The position numbers were made by a program, and so were the translations under genes. Source: an uncultured Nitrososphaerota archaeon (GTDB lineage Archaea > Asgardarchaeota > Njordarchaeia > Njordarchaeales > Njordarchaeaceae). From it: 64,000 nucleotides of DNA. Positions 29,289 through 38,617 of this stretch are shown in pieces (position 1 is the first letter of the stretch; each line of letters starts with the position of its first letter). Under the pieces are notes generated by a model. That model was not told the origin of the DNA. It did no database searches and worked only from the letters and a program-made list of their open reading frames with translations. Where the stretch lies: the NCBI GenBank assembly GCA_964518475.1, contig CAZFGR010000003.1, forward strand, positions 32,001 to 96,000. Direction: 5' to 3'.

Positions 29289-30332
29289 ATGGCTAAGAAG
29301 ATTAGTGTAACAATCATAGGCTTTAGCGGACTAATTAGAGAGTTCATTAAGCTAATAAGATTTAAGGACGATTTGACAAAATCTTTAGCTTCTTTTCCGA
29401 TAAAGGAAATTAATTCATTCACTATAGAAGACATAAGGATCGAAAAAATCATTGATATAGATTCAAAAAAAGTTGGGAAAAGAGTGGGTGCGCTTCTTTT
29501 TGAAGATAAAGAATTCTTAGAAATAGAGATTGAATCTGGGATTTCGGAAGAAAACTCCGAAATTTTAAGACAATATGGTTTAAGGGAGATAACTACTATA
29601 TCCTATGAGGAATTGGTATCGGCGATTAAATCAAGTAAACCCGATGTAATAGTACTATCTATAGGAAGTTATGCCGAAAAATCAGCAAAAGCATATGCTC
29701 GATTAGCTCTAGATACAGGAGCGGGACTTATTAATACGAGTTCCATTCCTCTTTCTCAATCCGCGGAGCTAATAAATAGTTTCAGAGAAAAGCAGTGTCC
29801 ATTTGTGGGAGATCATTTGCGAGGATACATAGATTTAAGAGATTTAGTTAAGAATTTGATTGATATGCTTAGTATTTTTCCACTGGAAATAAAAGAACTA
29901 TATGAAATGAAATTTCTGTGTCAAGATAAATCTCCAAACTACCAGTATTTGAGAAGAATCTATGAGGAAGAGGATTTATTAATGAATACGATCTATGAGA
30001 AGCCTGAGCATAAGGGTTTAGGAGTCTCAATCAGAAAGGGACCGGAAGATTTAGAATTTTCGAAAGTATGGTTGAATATGTCGGATCCTCTTCAAAGAAT
30101 CTTGGAAATCCACCTTTCGTGGCGGTTCTTTAATAAGTTTTTACGAGCGATAGCTCTTCTAGACTTGATTCGTTTAGTAGCAGTACTGAAGAAGCGAGGA
30201 ATAGGAGGCTTTATTGATACATTAGCAAAGATCTACTTTTACTCTCCAGGTGGTAAGAAATACATCCCACTGGAGGAGAGATTGAAAATGCTAAACGACT
30301 TTCTTAGCAATTACACCCAAATATCTACCTAG
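29289..30332 (+). CDS. Divergent myo-inositol-1-phosphate synthase-like protein
   Basis: DIDSKKVGK, PDVIV, YARLAL..G...IN, PFVGD and DLIRL...RGIGG resemble archaeal MIPS, but the catalytic motifs are eroded. Confidence 0.65.
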   Translation: MAKKISVTIIGFSGLIREFIKLIRFKDDLTKSLASFPIKEINSFTIEDIRIEKIIDIDSKKVGKRVGALLFEDKEFLEIEIESGISEENSEILRQYGLREITTISYEELVSAIKSSKPDVIVLSIGSYAEKSAKAYARLALDTGAGLINTSSIPLSQSAELINSFREKQCPFVGDHLRGYIDLRDLVKNLIDMLSIFPLEIKELYEMKFLCQDKSPNYQYLRRIYEEEDLLMNTIYEKPEHKGLGVSIRKGPEDLEFSKVWLNMSDPLQRILEIHLSWRFFNKFLRAIALLDLIRLVAVLKKRGIGGFIDTLAKIYFYSPGGKKYIPLEERLKMLNDFLSNYTQIST

Positions 30333-31298
30333 AAACTTCAGAAATGGAACGGTACTGCCATAATAATCCAGGTAATGAAGTATTCTATGAACATAATTAA
30401 ACTTCTTAGCCTTAAAATTCATGGGTAATAGAGAGAAGATGCTATAGAACTTTAGTGGAGTTAATTTAGCCATTCTTAACAATCTCAAAACTTCTGCTGG
30501 GACGTAATAATGAGTTGGGATTCGTATAGAACCTTGTTTTGGCAGGGGTATTGTTATTCTTGTGAAGGGGTCTCGCATCTTTCTGACAGTCTTTAGAAAT
30601 AATCTCGGCTTTGTAGCTACTCTTAATAACCAGTCTAGCGAAAATCTATTAAGTACCGTAAAAACAAATAATCCGTTCTGCCGTAATACTCGTGAAACCT
30701 CTTGGAATATTAGGGGGTAACTCTCAGAATGATCCAAGCTTCCAAAAATTGCTAGAACGATATCAAATGTATTGGCTTTAAAAGGTATTTTCTCCGCTGG
30801 TGAAATACAAAATTCTATGATGTCGAAAATCTCTTTTTCTCTTTCCAATATTTTCCTCGCTAGCCTCAATGGTTTAAATGCGATATCAGTACCAATAATT
30901 CTGGCCTTAACTGATAGCTTTCTAAGAATACGAGATAAACACCAAATCTCCCAGCCCCATCCACATCCTAGTGCTAGAATGGTTAGATTGTCTTTACTCT
31001 CTAAAAGTCGAACACTATCTAGTAATAAGCGGTAATGGATCAATCGCATATGTTTTACCCAATCATTCGTTAACGCTCTCCAAGGAGCTGCTGGAAGGGC
31101 TTCGTACAAACCTCTTAATTTTGAAATTTTCTTTAGCCATTTCTTATTCGTCAGAATAGGTATACTTCGACGGATAAAGTACTCATCTTTATCGCAAAAT
31201 ATTACACCAGAGTATATTTCGGGGAGTACTCTTGAGTATTTAGATACCTTTAGTTTAATAGTCTCGCAATCTAAGAGGTCTAGTAACCATTTTTTCAT
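30291..31298 (-). CDS. Class I SAM-dependent methyltransferase
   Basis: ILALGCGWG motif I, GTDI, AEKIPFKANTFD, RVLRQNG; Trm112-like N-terminus. Confidence 0.85.
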   Translation of the reverse strand: MKKWLLDLLDCETIKLKVSKYSRVLPEIYSGVIFCDKDEYFIRRSIPILTNKKWLKKISKLRGLYEALPAAPWRALTNDWVKHMRLIHYRLLLDSVRLLESKDNLTILALGCGWGWEIWCLSRILRKLSVKARIIGTDIAFKPLRLARKILEREKEIFDIIEFCISPAEKIPFKANTFDIVLAIFGSLDHSESYPLIFQEVSRVLRQNGLFVFTVLNRFSLDWLLRVATKPRLFLKTVRKMRDPFTRITIPLPKQGSIRIPTHYYVPAEVLRLLRMAKLTPLKFYSIFSLLPMNFKAKKFNYVHRILHYLDYYGSTVPFLKFLGRYLGVIAKKVV

Positions 31299-32107
31299 TT
31301 CTTAGCACCATAGTAATCTTCAGGACGAACCCAAATTACTATTTTACCAGTTTGCCAGTCACGAAGGACAGTACGAGCAGCCTCCTTGACATCGGGAACA
31401 CCGCCCTTTAGTAATCTACCCCGTTTTTTTGCCAATTCTTCAAGAAATTTTAACGGATCATCCGCATCAAAACCATATGTTCGTTTCAGAACGTCTGGAT
31501 GGATCTTTTTAAGTCTATTTATTAACTCTATGGCATGTGGTATTGGATCATCTAAGGTCTCCACGCGTATTGCACCTTTATAGACCAATGTATCCGCATC
31601 CTCGTATGGGAAAACTCCTGGTGTATCCAAAACTCTAAGTCTTCCCCTTCTAACGATTTGTAAATGACGCGTTAAGCCGGGTTTAGCTCCCGTCGGAGCA
31701 CTATGGGATCCTTTTAAGATGTTTATAATAGATGATTTTCCGACATTAGGATAGCCTATGATTGCAACTTTTATTTCTTCTTTGCCCTTAGGTGCTATTT
31801 TGTAAATCAATTTTCTCAGTTTTCCAGTTCCAAGTCGATATCTCGCACTAATATAGATTGTGGGATACTCTTTTTCGAACTCTCTTTTCCAAGCTTCTAA
31901 GACGTCTCTTGGAACCAAATCAGCCTTATTAATTACGAGTATAACTTTCTTTCCAAGCGCGGATAACCGCTTTTCAACAATCGGTAGTCTAAAAGATAGG
32001 GGGTCTCGAGAATCTAAAACTTCCAATACAATATCGGCTTCTTTAACAGCTTGCCAAAATTTCCTCCAAGTTCCTCTAGTCAACGGGGTGTATTCCTTAC
32101 CTGACAT
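31295..32107 (-). CDS. Circularly permuted ribosome-biogenesis GTPase (RbgA/YlqF/Nug family)
   Basis: DIVLEVLDSRDP, G4 NKADL before G1 GYPNVGKSS, G3 DTPG. Start set at MSGKE. Confidence 0.93.
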   Translation of the reverse strand: MSGKEYTPLTRGTWRKFWQAVKEADIVLEVLDSRDPLSFRLPIVEKRLSALGKKVILVINKADLVPRDVLEAWKREFEKEYPTIYISARYRLGTGKLRKLIYKIAPKGKEEIKVAIIGYPNVGKSSIINILKGSHSAPTGAKPGLTRHLQIVRRGRLRVLDTPGVFPYEDADTLVYKGAIRVETLDDPIPHAIELINRLKKIHPDVLKRTYGFDADDPLKFLEELAKKRGRLLKGGVPDVKEAARTVLRDWQTGKIVIWVRPEDYYGAKK

Positions 32108-32435
32108 AACGTCCCCAATCAATACACATCTTCTAGACGAAATAGAGTTCCCACTGCCAAACATGTTGACGATTAGGAATAACTTCAACAATACTTGCAT
32201 GTATGTCGCTTAGATTAGGGAATGATAGCACTATTTTGGCCAAAAAAACATTTAACAATACACAATATTCTTTTGTGTAATAGGTATAGGGAATTGAAAT
32301 GATAATTTTTATTAATATGATTAGCTTAAGGTTTTTTATCCATACATAGCCTTAGTATGTCACTAAGGAGATACTGCGAAGCTTTTGTTCATTTTTTCAA
32401 ATAATATCATGCCGAGAAATCAGTAGGCGACAAGT

Positions 32436-32891
32436 ATGAGTGAAGAAGTAGCGTCTCGAGAAGAGCTTTTAGCAATAATTTCGCAATCTTATGAAAGGAC
32501 AGAAATTATAGAAGAAATAGAGAAAATTTTAGAAGAGCTGCTTCGTAACAATCCATCGATCGAGGTAGCTATGGTGGCTACCATTGAAGGACTCCCAGTA
32601 GCTAGTTATCCTAAGACAGAAAAAATACAAAAAGAGGAAGGAATTTTAGCAGCTGCTATCACGGTAATTTTTAGTACATCAGAAAGAAGTGCTCTAGATC
32701 TAAAACAAGGGCATGTAGACCACGTAATTATCTATACTGATGTAGGGTATGTGGTTTTGAGATTAACGGGTGAAGATCATATACTTGCTGTCTTAACAAA
32801 GGAAGATGCAAAATTGGGTGTTATTCTAAGAGACCTTAAATTGACAGCAGATAAGCTACAGAAAATCATGAGTATCAGAGCTTCATCTTAA
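32436..32891 (+). CDS. Roadblock/LC7 domain protein
   Basis: IEVAMVATIEGLPVAS...LAAA...SERSALDL...HVII...AKLGVIL. Confidence 0.9.
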   Translation: MSEEVASREELLAIISQSYERTEIIEEIEKILEELLRNNPSIEVAMVATIEGLPVASYPKTEKIQKEEGILAAAITVIFSTSERSALDLKQGHVDHVIIYTDVGYVVLRLTGEDHILAVLTKEDAKLGVILRDLKLTADKLQKIMSIRASS

Positions 32892-32940
32892 GATTTTTTA
32901 GCTGGTCAAGTCGTTTGAAAGAAAAAATTTATAAAATTCA

Positions 32941-33081
32941 TTACGTACACGGCTTCTCGAGCTTCTTTACGCGTTCTTCTAGACTTTCAACCCTATCCCG
33001 AAGATCAATAATTTCTTCAGTAAGCTCTTCTAATCTTTCAAGAATTTCACTTAATTTTTCCTCAATACTCCTTTCGCTCAT
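32941..33081 (-). CDS. 46-aa coiled-coil microprotein (absent from the ORF track)
   Basis: My translation: MSERSIEEKLSEILERLEELTEEIIDLRDRVESLEERVKKLEKPCT*. GGTGA SD 4 nt upstream; clean heptad pattern. Confidence 0.75.
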   Translation of the reverse strand: MSERSIEEKLSEILERLEELTEEIIDLRDRVESLEERVKKLEKPCT

Positions 33082-33443
33082 AGAATCACCGGATTATTAT
33101 ATTGACTATTTTCTACAAATGACCAAGATAATAGAACGCTAGATTATTCATAAAGATTAGCATTATCGGGGGTATGAATTATCCCTATAAGTTTCGGGAG
33201 GAGCCGAGGAATTACAGAATGTAGTCTAACTATTGTTAGGAAAAAAATATTTTTATTATCTCGTAATCGCCAAATATGTTATGCGATATTACTAGTAAGA
33301 TTTGAAATAATTCTGCACGATCTCTAGCATGCTAATACTCTGGATTATTAGGAAGATCTAGGGTTCACATGTTATAATTTTCTGATGGATAAATTAATTT
33401 AGCCTTCTCCATAATTATGAAATTGAAAAAATAACTCTATGAG

Positions 33444-33493
33444 ATGATGTGTCAAACCCCTCTCTGATCTATGATGAAAGCGGCCGTTACTGA
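33444..33493 (+). ncRNA. C/D-box sRNA
   Basis: ATGATGT-GTCAAACCCCTCT-CTGA-TCT-ATGATGA-AAGCGGCCGTTA-CTGA. Confidence 0.85.
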
Positions 33494-33499
33494 TCAACG

Positions 33500-34471
33500 G
33501 TGTTATACTTGAAACAGGGAACAATTGCTGAAGTGTTCTCTAAAATTCTCTATGATAGAACAATTGATCCAGCGGATTTCGAAATCATCTTTTGGGACTC
33601 TGACAAACTAAGGTGTGTGCCATTTACTTACATAGTTCCCGTCGAGGGTGGATTTAAGTATAAAGGTAGCTTTTATCCTCTTTACAAAATCGTTGGGATT
33701 AGGAATAGCAGATCTGGAAAATATCTCTTAAAGAGGAATTTTCGAGGATTTATAGAAGGAGATCTGGGTATTGAATTATACGATTATCCAGTACAGCTAT
33801 CCGCGATATATGATGAGTTCGCACTACATCGATACGCAGCTGACATCCTTACTCATATTGAAAATAAAATAAGAAAAGAAGGAGAATTAAAACAATGGCT
33901 TAAAGCATTAGGGGATCTAAAAAAGTTTATTTTAGATGACGTAGAATTGTACATGATTATACAAGAAGGACCTTTTAGAGGTACTTTTTTCCTAATATTT
34001 AACGGAACTCCTCAGGGATTTGTGCGATCCATACCATCACCTATTTTCTTAAGTAAAATTTTTGAAAAAGTGCGATTTCATCGAGTAATTCTTCAGGTAC
34101 TAAGAGGTCATTTACTACACCTTATTAGGACGAATTCTCTTACTCTAAAACTTAAAGATATTGATAGGAAAGTAGAAATTATGAAACACGAAGAAGATAG
34201 TAAGTATCCTAACAAGCTCTCACTATTTTTTGCGGCAGGTGAAGGATCTGGAAAGAGGGAACTAATCGCTGTTTGCAATCAAAGAACTAAACTATTTCTA
34301 AGATTTGAGGACGAAATACGAATAGCAAAGCATTATGGTTTTGAACAAGCACCAATTATAGAAGCGCATGCTAGAGTGGCAGATCTCCACTGGATTAGGC
34401 CAAGCAAAGGCTCTCTATTGAAGATTCATGATCATGACGTTATATTCTCTGTAGCAGATATTATCCACTGA
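33500..34471 (+). CDS. DUF504/MJ1316 RNA-end-recognition domain fused to a degenerate RNA-ligase-like region
   Basis: N-terminus IAEVFSKILYD...FEIIFWD...YPLYKIVGIR matches the DUF504 pattern. C-terminal GTF...FVRSIP and IAKHYGF..API recall Pab1020-type ligases. Confidence 0.55.
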   Translation: MLYLKQGTIAEVFSKILYDRTIDPADFEIIFWDSDKLRCVPFTYIVPVEGGFKYKGSFYPLYKIVGIRNSRSGKYLLKRNFRGFIEGDLGIELYDYPVQLSAIYDEFALHRYAADILTHIENKIRKEGELKQWLKALGDLKKFILDDVELYMIIQEGPFRGTFFLIFNGTPQGFVRSIPSPIFLSKIFEKVRFHRVILQVLRGHLLHLIRTNSLTLKLKDIDRKVEIMKHEEDSKYPNKLSLFFAAGEGSGKRELIAVCNQRTKLFLRFEDEIRIAKHYGFEQAPIIEAHARVADLHWIRPSKGSLLKIHDHDVIFSVADIIH

Positions 34472-35360
34472 TGTCAAGATTCAATAGCTTTATTATCTCC
34501 CGGTATCTATTGCGCACCGTAACCTCTGTTACTCCAGCGATTTCAGCAACTTTTTTCTGTGTCTTCTTCTCGCCCATAAGTCTACAAGCTATATATAAGG
34601 CTGCAGCGGCGATTCCTGCGGGGTCTCTACCAATTGACACACCTTTCTTTTTAGCCTCTCTTATGATCTCTATAGCTTTGCTGATAGTTTCACCACCTAG
34701 TCCGAGTTCTCTCCCGAAAGATATTACAAATTTTTCAGCATCTGGTATTGGTACAGTAAGCTTTAGCTCTGACCTTATCATTTTATATGCTTTCGAGATA
34801 TCTTTCTTCTTGACACCACTAACCTTGGCGATTCTATCTAAGTGACGTGGCACGCCAGTTATCCGACTTGCAAGATAGATCAATGCAGCCACAATTGCCG
34901 GGACTCTCTCTCTTCTGATTGATCTTTTCATGCTTAATCTGCGGAAGTATTCCATAACGGTATCCTTAGTAGTTCTTGGAAGGTGAAGTCTAGAAGCTAT
35001 CTCGTTTAGTATCGACATTGCATACAAAGTATTTCTTGTTCTAGCATCCTTTGGCATTACGCGAGTTACGCTCTTGTCTCCTTGAATATATAGCTTGACT
35101 GGTTGAATATTCGTGAGAGGCGATGTGGGCAAAAAGCGTCGAGTTAGAGAATTCTCTGGTGAGAATTCTCGCCGTTCAGGACGGAGATCAATAATTTCCT
35201 CTTCGAGTACGCTTCCACAACGCATGCATACGTAGGTATCTCCTATGATCTCGATATCCTCAGAGCCACAATATGGACACTTTAGCGGTGCTCCATGGTC
35301 GATTTCATTGGTATATTCTTCTCCAAAATCTTCGTAATGTTCTTCGCTCAATGATATCAC
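34461..35360 (-). CDS. tfb: Transcription initiation factor IIB
   Basis: CPYCGS...CMRCG Zn ribbon, PERREF, cyclin repeats, GRDPAGIAAAALY, GVTEVTVRNRY. Confidence 0.95.
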   Translation of the reverse strand: MISLSEEHYEDFGEEYTNEIDHGAPLKCPYCGSEDIEIIGDTYVCMRCGSVLEEEIIDLRPERREFSPENSLTRRFLPTSPLTNIQPVKLYIQGDKSVTRVMPKDARTRNTLYAMSILNEIASRLHLPRTTKDTVMEYFRRLSMKRSIRRERVPAIVAALIYLASRITGVPRHLDRIAKVSGVKKKDISKAYKMIRSELKLTVPIPDAEKFVISFGRELGLGGETISKAIEIIREAKKKGVSIGRDPAGIAAAALYIACRLMGEKKTQKKVAEIAGVTEVTVRNRYREIIKLLNLDISG

Positions 35361-35500
35361 CCGATAATTTTATATAACTTCATATCGCTTTATTTTTAAA
35401 GGCTGTAGATCTATATTTAAATATTTCGGTAATAAGGATAAAAAAATTGCTCTGGAACTTCATACGACATGATCATGTGGAATCATAGCCGGGGATTTAC

Positions 35501-36634
35501 TTGTTCACCCTAATAGGAGAGGTTAACGGTATACCAGTTGTATGGCAAAGACCTGATAGTATAGAGATTTTAGAAGACAAAGAGGCACAGGAAAGGCTTC
35601 ATAGATATTTCCAGATTCTTCGTGGTGAAGCATTGCCAAAATTCCTAATTGCGAAAATTATTGAGGTAGAGTATTCAAGCGAAATGCCATTGGAAGAGCT
35701 TTGGAAGATCCATGATGAGAAACTCTCCGAGATGTTAGAGTTTATTCGTGATACTGATGAGCAATCAATAATAAATATTTGGAAGAGAAAAGAATCTCCA
35801 GAAAAAAATCTTCTTAGATTAAAAAGGGATATGCTCTGGAAAATTCTTGAGAATTGCCATTTCTGTGAGTGGCGTTGTGGCATTAATAGAATTATGGGAG
35901 AAAAGGGGGTCTGTAGACTAGATAAGAAGGCATACATTTCATCGGTTTTTATCCATATTGGCGAGGAACCTGAATTAGTTCCATCATACACAATATTTTT
36001 TTCACATTGTAATTTCAAATGTGTTTTCTGTCAAAATTGGGATATTTCCCAGATACATAGTGGAGATTACATAGCACCAGAAATATTGGCAAAAACGATA
36101 GAGAATGAATGGAATAAGAAGAGAATTAGAAACGTTAACTGGGTTGGAGGAGAGCCCACACCGAATCTACACTATATCTTCGATGTCCTCCTAAGACTCA
36201 ATGCGCCCGTCCCTCAAGTCTGGAATTCTAACCTTTACAACTCGTCAGAAACCATGAGAATCCTTTTAGGAGTAGTCGATATCTGGTTACCAGATTTTAA
36301 GTATGGAAATAATGAGTGTGCGTTAAGGCTTTCAAAGATACCAAAATATTTCGATGTTGTCTCAAGAAATCATAAGTTTCTAAGCGATAATGGCGAAGAG
36401 GTAATTATAAGACACCTTGTTTTACCCAACCACTTAGAATGTTGTACAATAAAAATACTTGAATGGATCGCTAAAAATATGAGACTGGATAAAACAAGAG
36501 TGAATGTTATGGCACAATATAGGCCGGAGTATCGTGCACACCAATATCCAGAGATTTCCAGACGATTAAGAATAGAAGAATGGAAGAAAGCTGTTAACTA
36601 TGCACGGAGTCTTGGGCTGAGTTTAACCATGTAG
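35501..36634 (+). CDS. Radical SAM protein, PflX family
   Basis: CHFCEWRCGINR, HIGEEPEL, CNFKCVFCQNWDISQ, VGGEPTP, DFKYGN, RHLVLP. Confidence 0.92.
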   Translation: MFTLIGEVNGIPVVWQRPDSIEILEDKEAQERLHRYFQILRGEALPKFLIAKIIEVEYSSEMPLEELWKIHDEKLSEMLEFIRDTDEQSIINIWKRKESPEKNLLRLKRDMLWKILENCHFCEWRCGINRIMGEKGVCRLDKKAYISSVFIHIGEEPELVPSYTIFFSHCNFKCVFCQNWDISQIHSGDYIAPEILAKTIENEWNKKRIRNVNWVGGEPTPNLHYIFDVLLRLNAPVPQVWNSNLYNSSETMRILLGVVDIWLPDFKYGNNECALRLSKIPKYFDVVSRNHKFLSDNGEEVIIRHLVLPNHLECCTIKILEWIAKNMRLDKTRVNVMAQYRPEYRAHQYPEISRRLRIEEWKKAVNYARSLGLSLTM

Positions 36635-36648
36635 CATAGGGCTGGGCT

Positions 36649-37494
36649 ATGTCAGAGAGAAAAGAACATATTTTTAAAGAAGGGGATCTGGTTCTTCTCC
36701 TTCCTCTTACAAGAACTAAGAAAGAGGAAAGAATAGTAATAAAACTCAAAAGTGGAGACATATTGCATACTAGGTTTGGTGTCATAAAACACGATGATAT
36801 CATAAATACACGGGTAGGTGGGATAGTTAAATCGCACTTAGGAATGAGCTTTATTGTTTTTCCCGCGACGTTACCAGATATTGTCTGGAATTACAATGAT
36901 TTTGATTATGTAACACAAATAATTTATCCCAGAGATTGGGGGATAATCATTACATTTGCAGATATTAAATCGGTAGATAAAGTTGTTGAGATAGGCACAG
37001 GATCTGGTGCCTTGACGGCATTCTTGGCTTTTAGGCTATGTAAAGAAAAAGCTAGATTGATATCTTATGAGAGAGATCCAGAGAGAGCCAAAAGAGCTAA
37101 GAAAAATTTGGAAAGGCTGAATGTACCGAAGATTTATGAGATAAAAGTTCGAGATGTTGCTAAAGAGGGTATTGATGAAAAAGATGTTGATGTAGTATTT
37201 ATCGATATTCCAGAACCCTGGACTGTTCTTAAAACAGTTTGGTACGCATTAAAGCCGGGAGGACGAGTAATTATATATGTTCCAACATATAATCAAGTAG
37301 AAAAAACGTTAAGAGCATTAATTCGTAATGGATACATTGATATTAGAATTAAGGAGAACATTGTTAGAGACATACAACCAAAACCATACGCTATCCGCCC
37401 TGAATTGAAAGGATATTACTTCTCAGCTTTTATAATCTTTGCTAGAAAAAGCTTAGTAGTTCCCCTTTGGGCGATTCAGGATCTTATGAAATAA
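36649..37494 (+). CDS. trmI: tRNA (adenine-57/58-N1)-methyltransferase
   Basis: TQIIYPRD, EIGTGSGALT, DIPEPW, LKPGG, PTYNQ. Confidence 0.93.
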   Translation: MSERKEHIFKEGDLVLLLPLTRTKKEERIVIKLKSGDILHTRFGVIKHDDIINTRVGGIVKSHLGMSFIVFPATLPDIVWNYNDFDYVTQIIYPRDWGIIITFADIKSVDKVVEIGTGSGALTAFLAFRLCKEKARLISYERDPERAKRAKKNLERLNVPKIYEIKVRDVAKEGIDEKDVDVVFIDIPEPWTVLKTVWYALKPGGRVIIYVPTYNQVEKTLRALIRNGYIDIRIKENIVRDIQPKPYAIRPELKGYYFSAFIIFARKSLVVPLWAIQDLMK

Positions 37495-37507
37495 TAGCAC
37501 AAAGAGA

Positions 37508-37924
37508 GTGATTAAAGTGGTACAAGAAACTGCTGTCTCTGTTTTGATTGATTTTGATTTAGTGCACGATGTCTTAACAGCGAGAATGGTTCTTGAAAAA
37601 GCTAGTAAGTTTGGTAAAATCATTAAAGCAAGAGTTTATGTAGAGCAATCAGAGATAAATGCGCATCGAGAAGGACTTTTTGAGATGTCTAAGTTGGGAA
37701 TAGAACCAGTTGTCACTATGTTGGCTAAAGATGTGAGATTTGCTATTGATCTTCTCGATGATGCATATAACGATAAAATAACTCACATAATAGTAGTCCA
37801 TAACAAGGAATCAATATTACCTGCGCTTATGTACGCTAAAACGCTTAAAAAAATAATCGTGATCTCGCCAGAACGGGTACCGAAGAGTTATGAAGCTGTA
37901 GTTGAAGAGATCATTACCATTTAA
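37508..37924 (+). CDS. NYN-domain protein, degenerate
   Basis: VLID, FGKIIKARVY, KDVRFAIDLLD, KIIVI. The SGDxD-type motif is replaced by HNKES. Confidence 0.65.
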   Translation: MIKVVQETAVSVLIDFDLVHDVLTARMVLEKASKFGKIIKARVYVEQSEINAHREGLFEMSKLGIEPVVTMLAKDVRFAIDLLDDAYNDKITHIIVVHNKESILPALMYAKTLKKIIVISPERVPKSYEAVVEEIITI

Positions 37925-37990
37925 TTTTTAAGACTTAGTTGTAGAAATTGAGTAAGTGAGAAGAGGAGTCTTAGTAATAAGATTAAGGAG

Positions 37991-38614
37991 TTGAGAAAAT
38001 TGAGTCTTAGTTTAGGAAGCTGGGAATCAATGGTTGCTGGAGTAAAGTGTGTTGATGGCATCGTTTTGGCTGGAACAAAAAATGTTAGCTACGGTTACCT
38101 GGTTGTTTCACAAGCTGGCAGGTCAGTATATGTTATAGATCGAATCGGCCTTGCGTTTGCAGGGCATGTAGCTGATTTACAAAGTTTAGTAAAAGAGATG
38201 GAGTTTGAATTACGCTACGCAAAGCTTCGATTGGAGAGAGAGCTTACTACAGAAGCGGTCGCACATAGGCTCGGTTTAATACTTTATAGTTGGAAGTTGT
38301 TTCCTCACATAACTTTCGCTCTCGTGGGTGGTATCGATAGAATGCCTCAGGAAAAGCCGAGGTTATTCTCCTTAGATCCTGTTGGATCAGTTATTGAAGA
38401 AAATTATGCAGCATCAGGAACTTCTGCTGAAGTCGCGATAGGTATTCTAGAAGATCGTTACGATCCTAAAATGCCTATAAGTGAGGGGAAGAAAATTCTA
38501 ATGGAAGCAATGAAAGCTGTTGCTAGAAGAGATGTCTTGGCTGGTAGATACATAGATTTGGCCGTAATTACCAAGGATAAATCAAGCATAGAGACTATTA
38601 AACTGGACGTTTAG
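37991..38614 (+). CDS. psmB: Proteasome beta subunit, probably non-catalytic
   Basis: GVKCVDGIVLA, AGHVADLQ, LFSLDPVGS, YAASGTS, AVARRD. No N-terminal Thr nucleophile. Confidence 0.88.
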   Translation: MRKLSLSLGSWESMVAGVKCVDGIVLAGTKNVSYGYLVVSQAGRSVYVIDRIGLAFAGHVADLQSLVKEMEFELRYAKLRLERELTTEAVAHRLGLILYSWKLFPHITFALVGGIDRMPQEKPRLFSLDPVGSVIEENYAASGTSAEVAIGILEDRYDPKMPISEGKKILMEAMKAVARRDVLAGRYIDLAVITKDKSSIETIKLDV

Positions 38615-38617
38615 TTC

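Noticed and set aside
32915-33142. 75-aa plus-strand ORF
   Set aside because: Ser-rich antisense shadow of the minus-strand coiled-coil ORF, which has an SD and protein-like composition.
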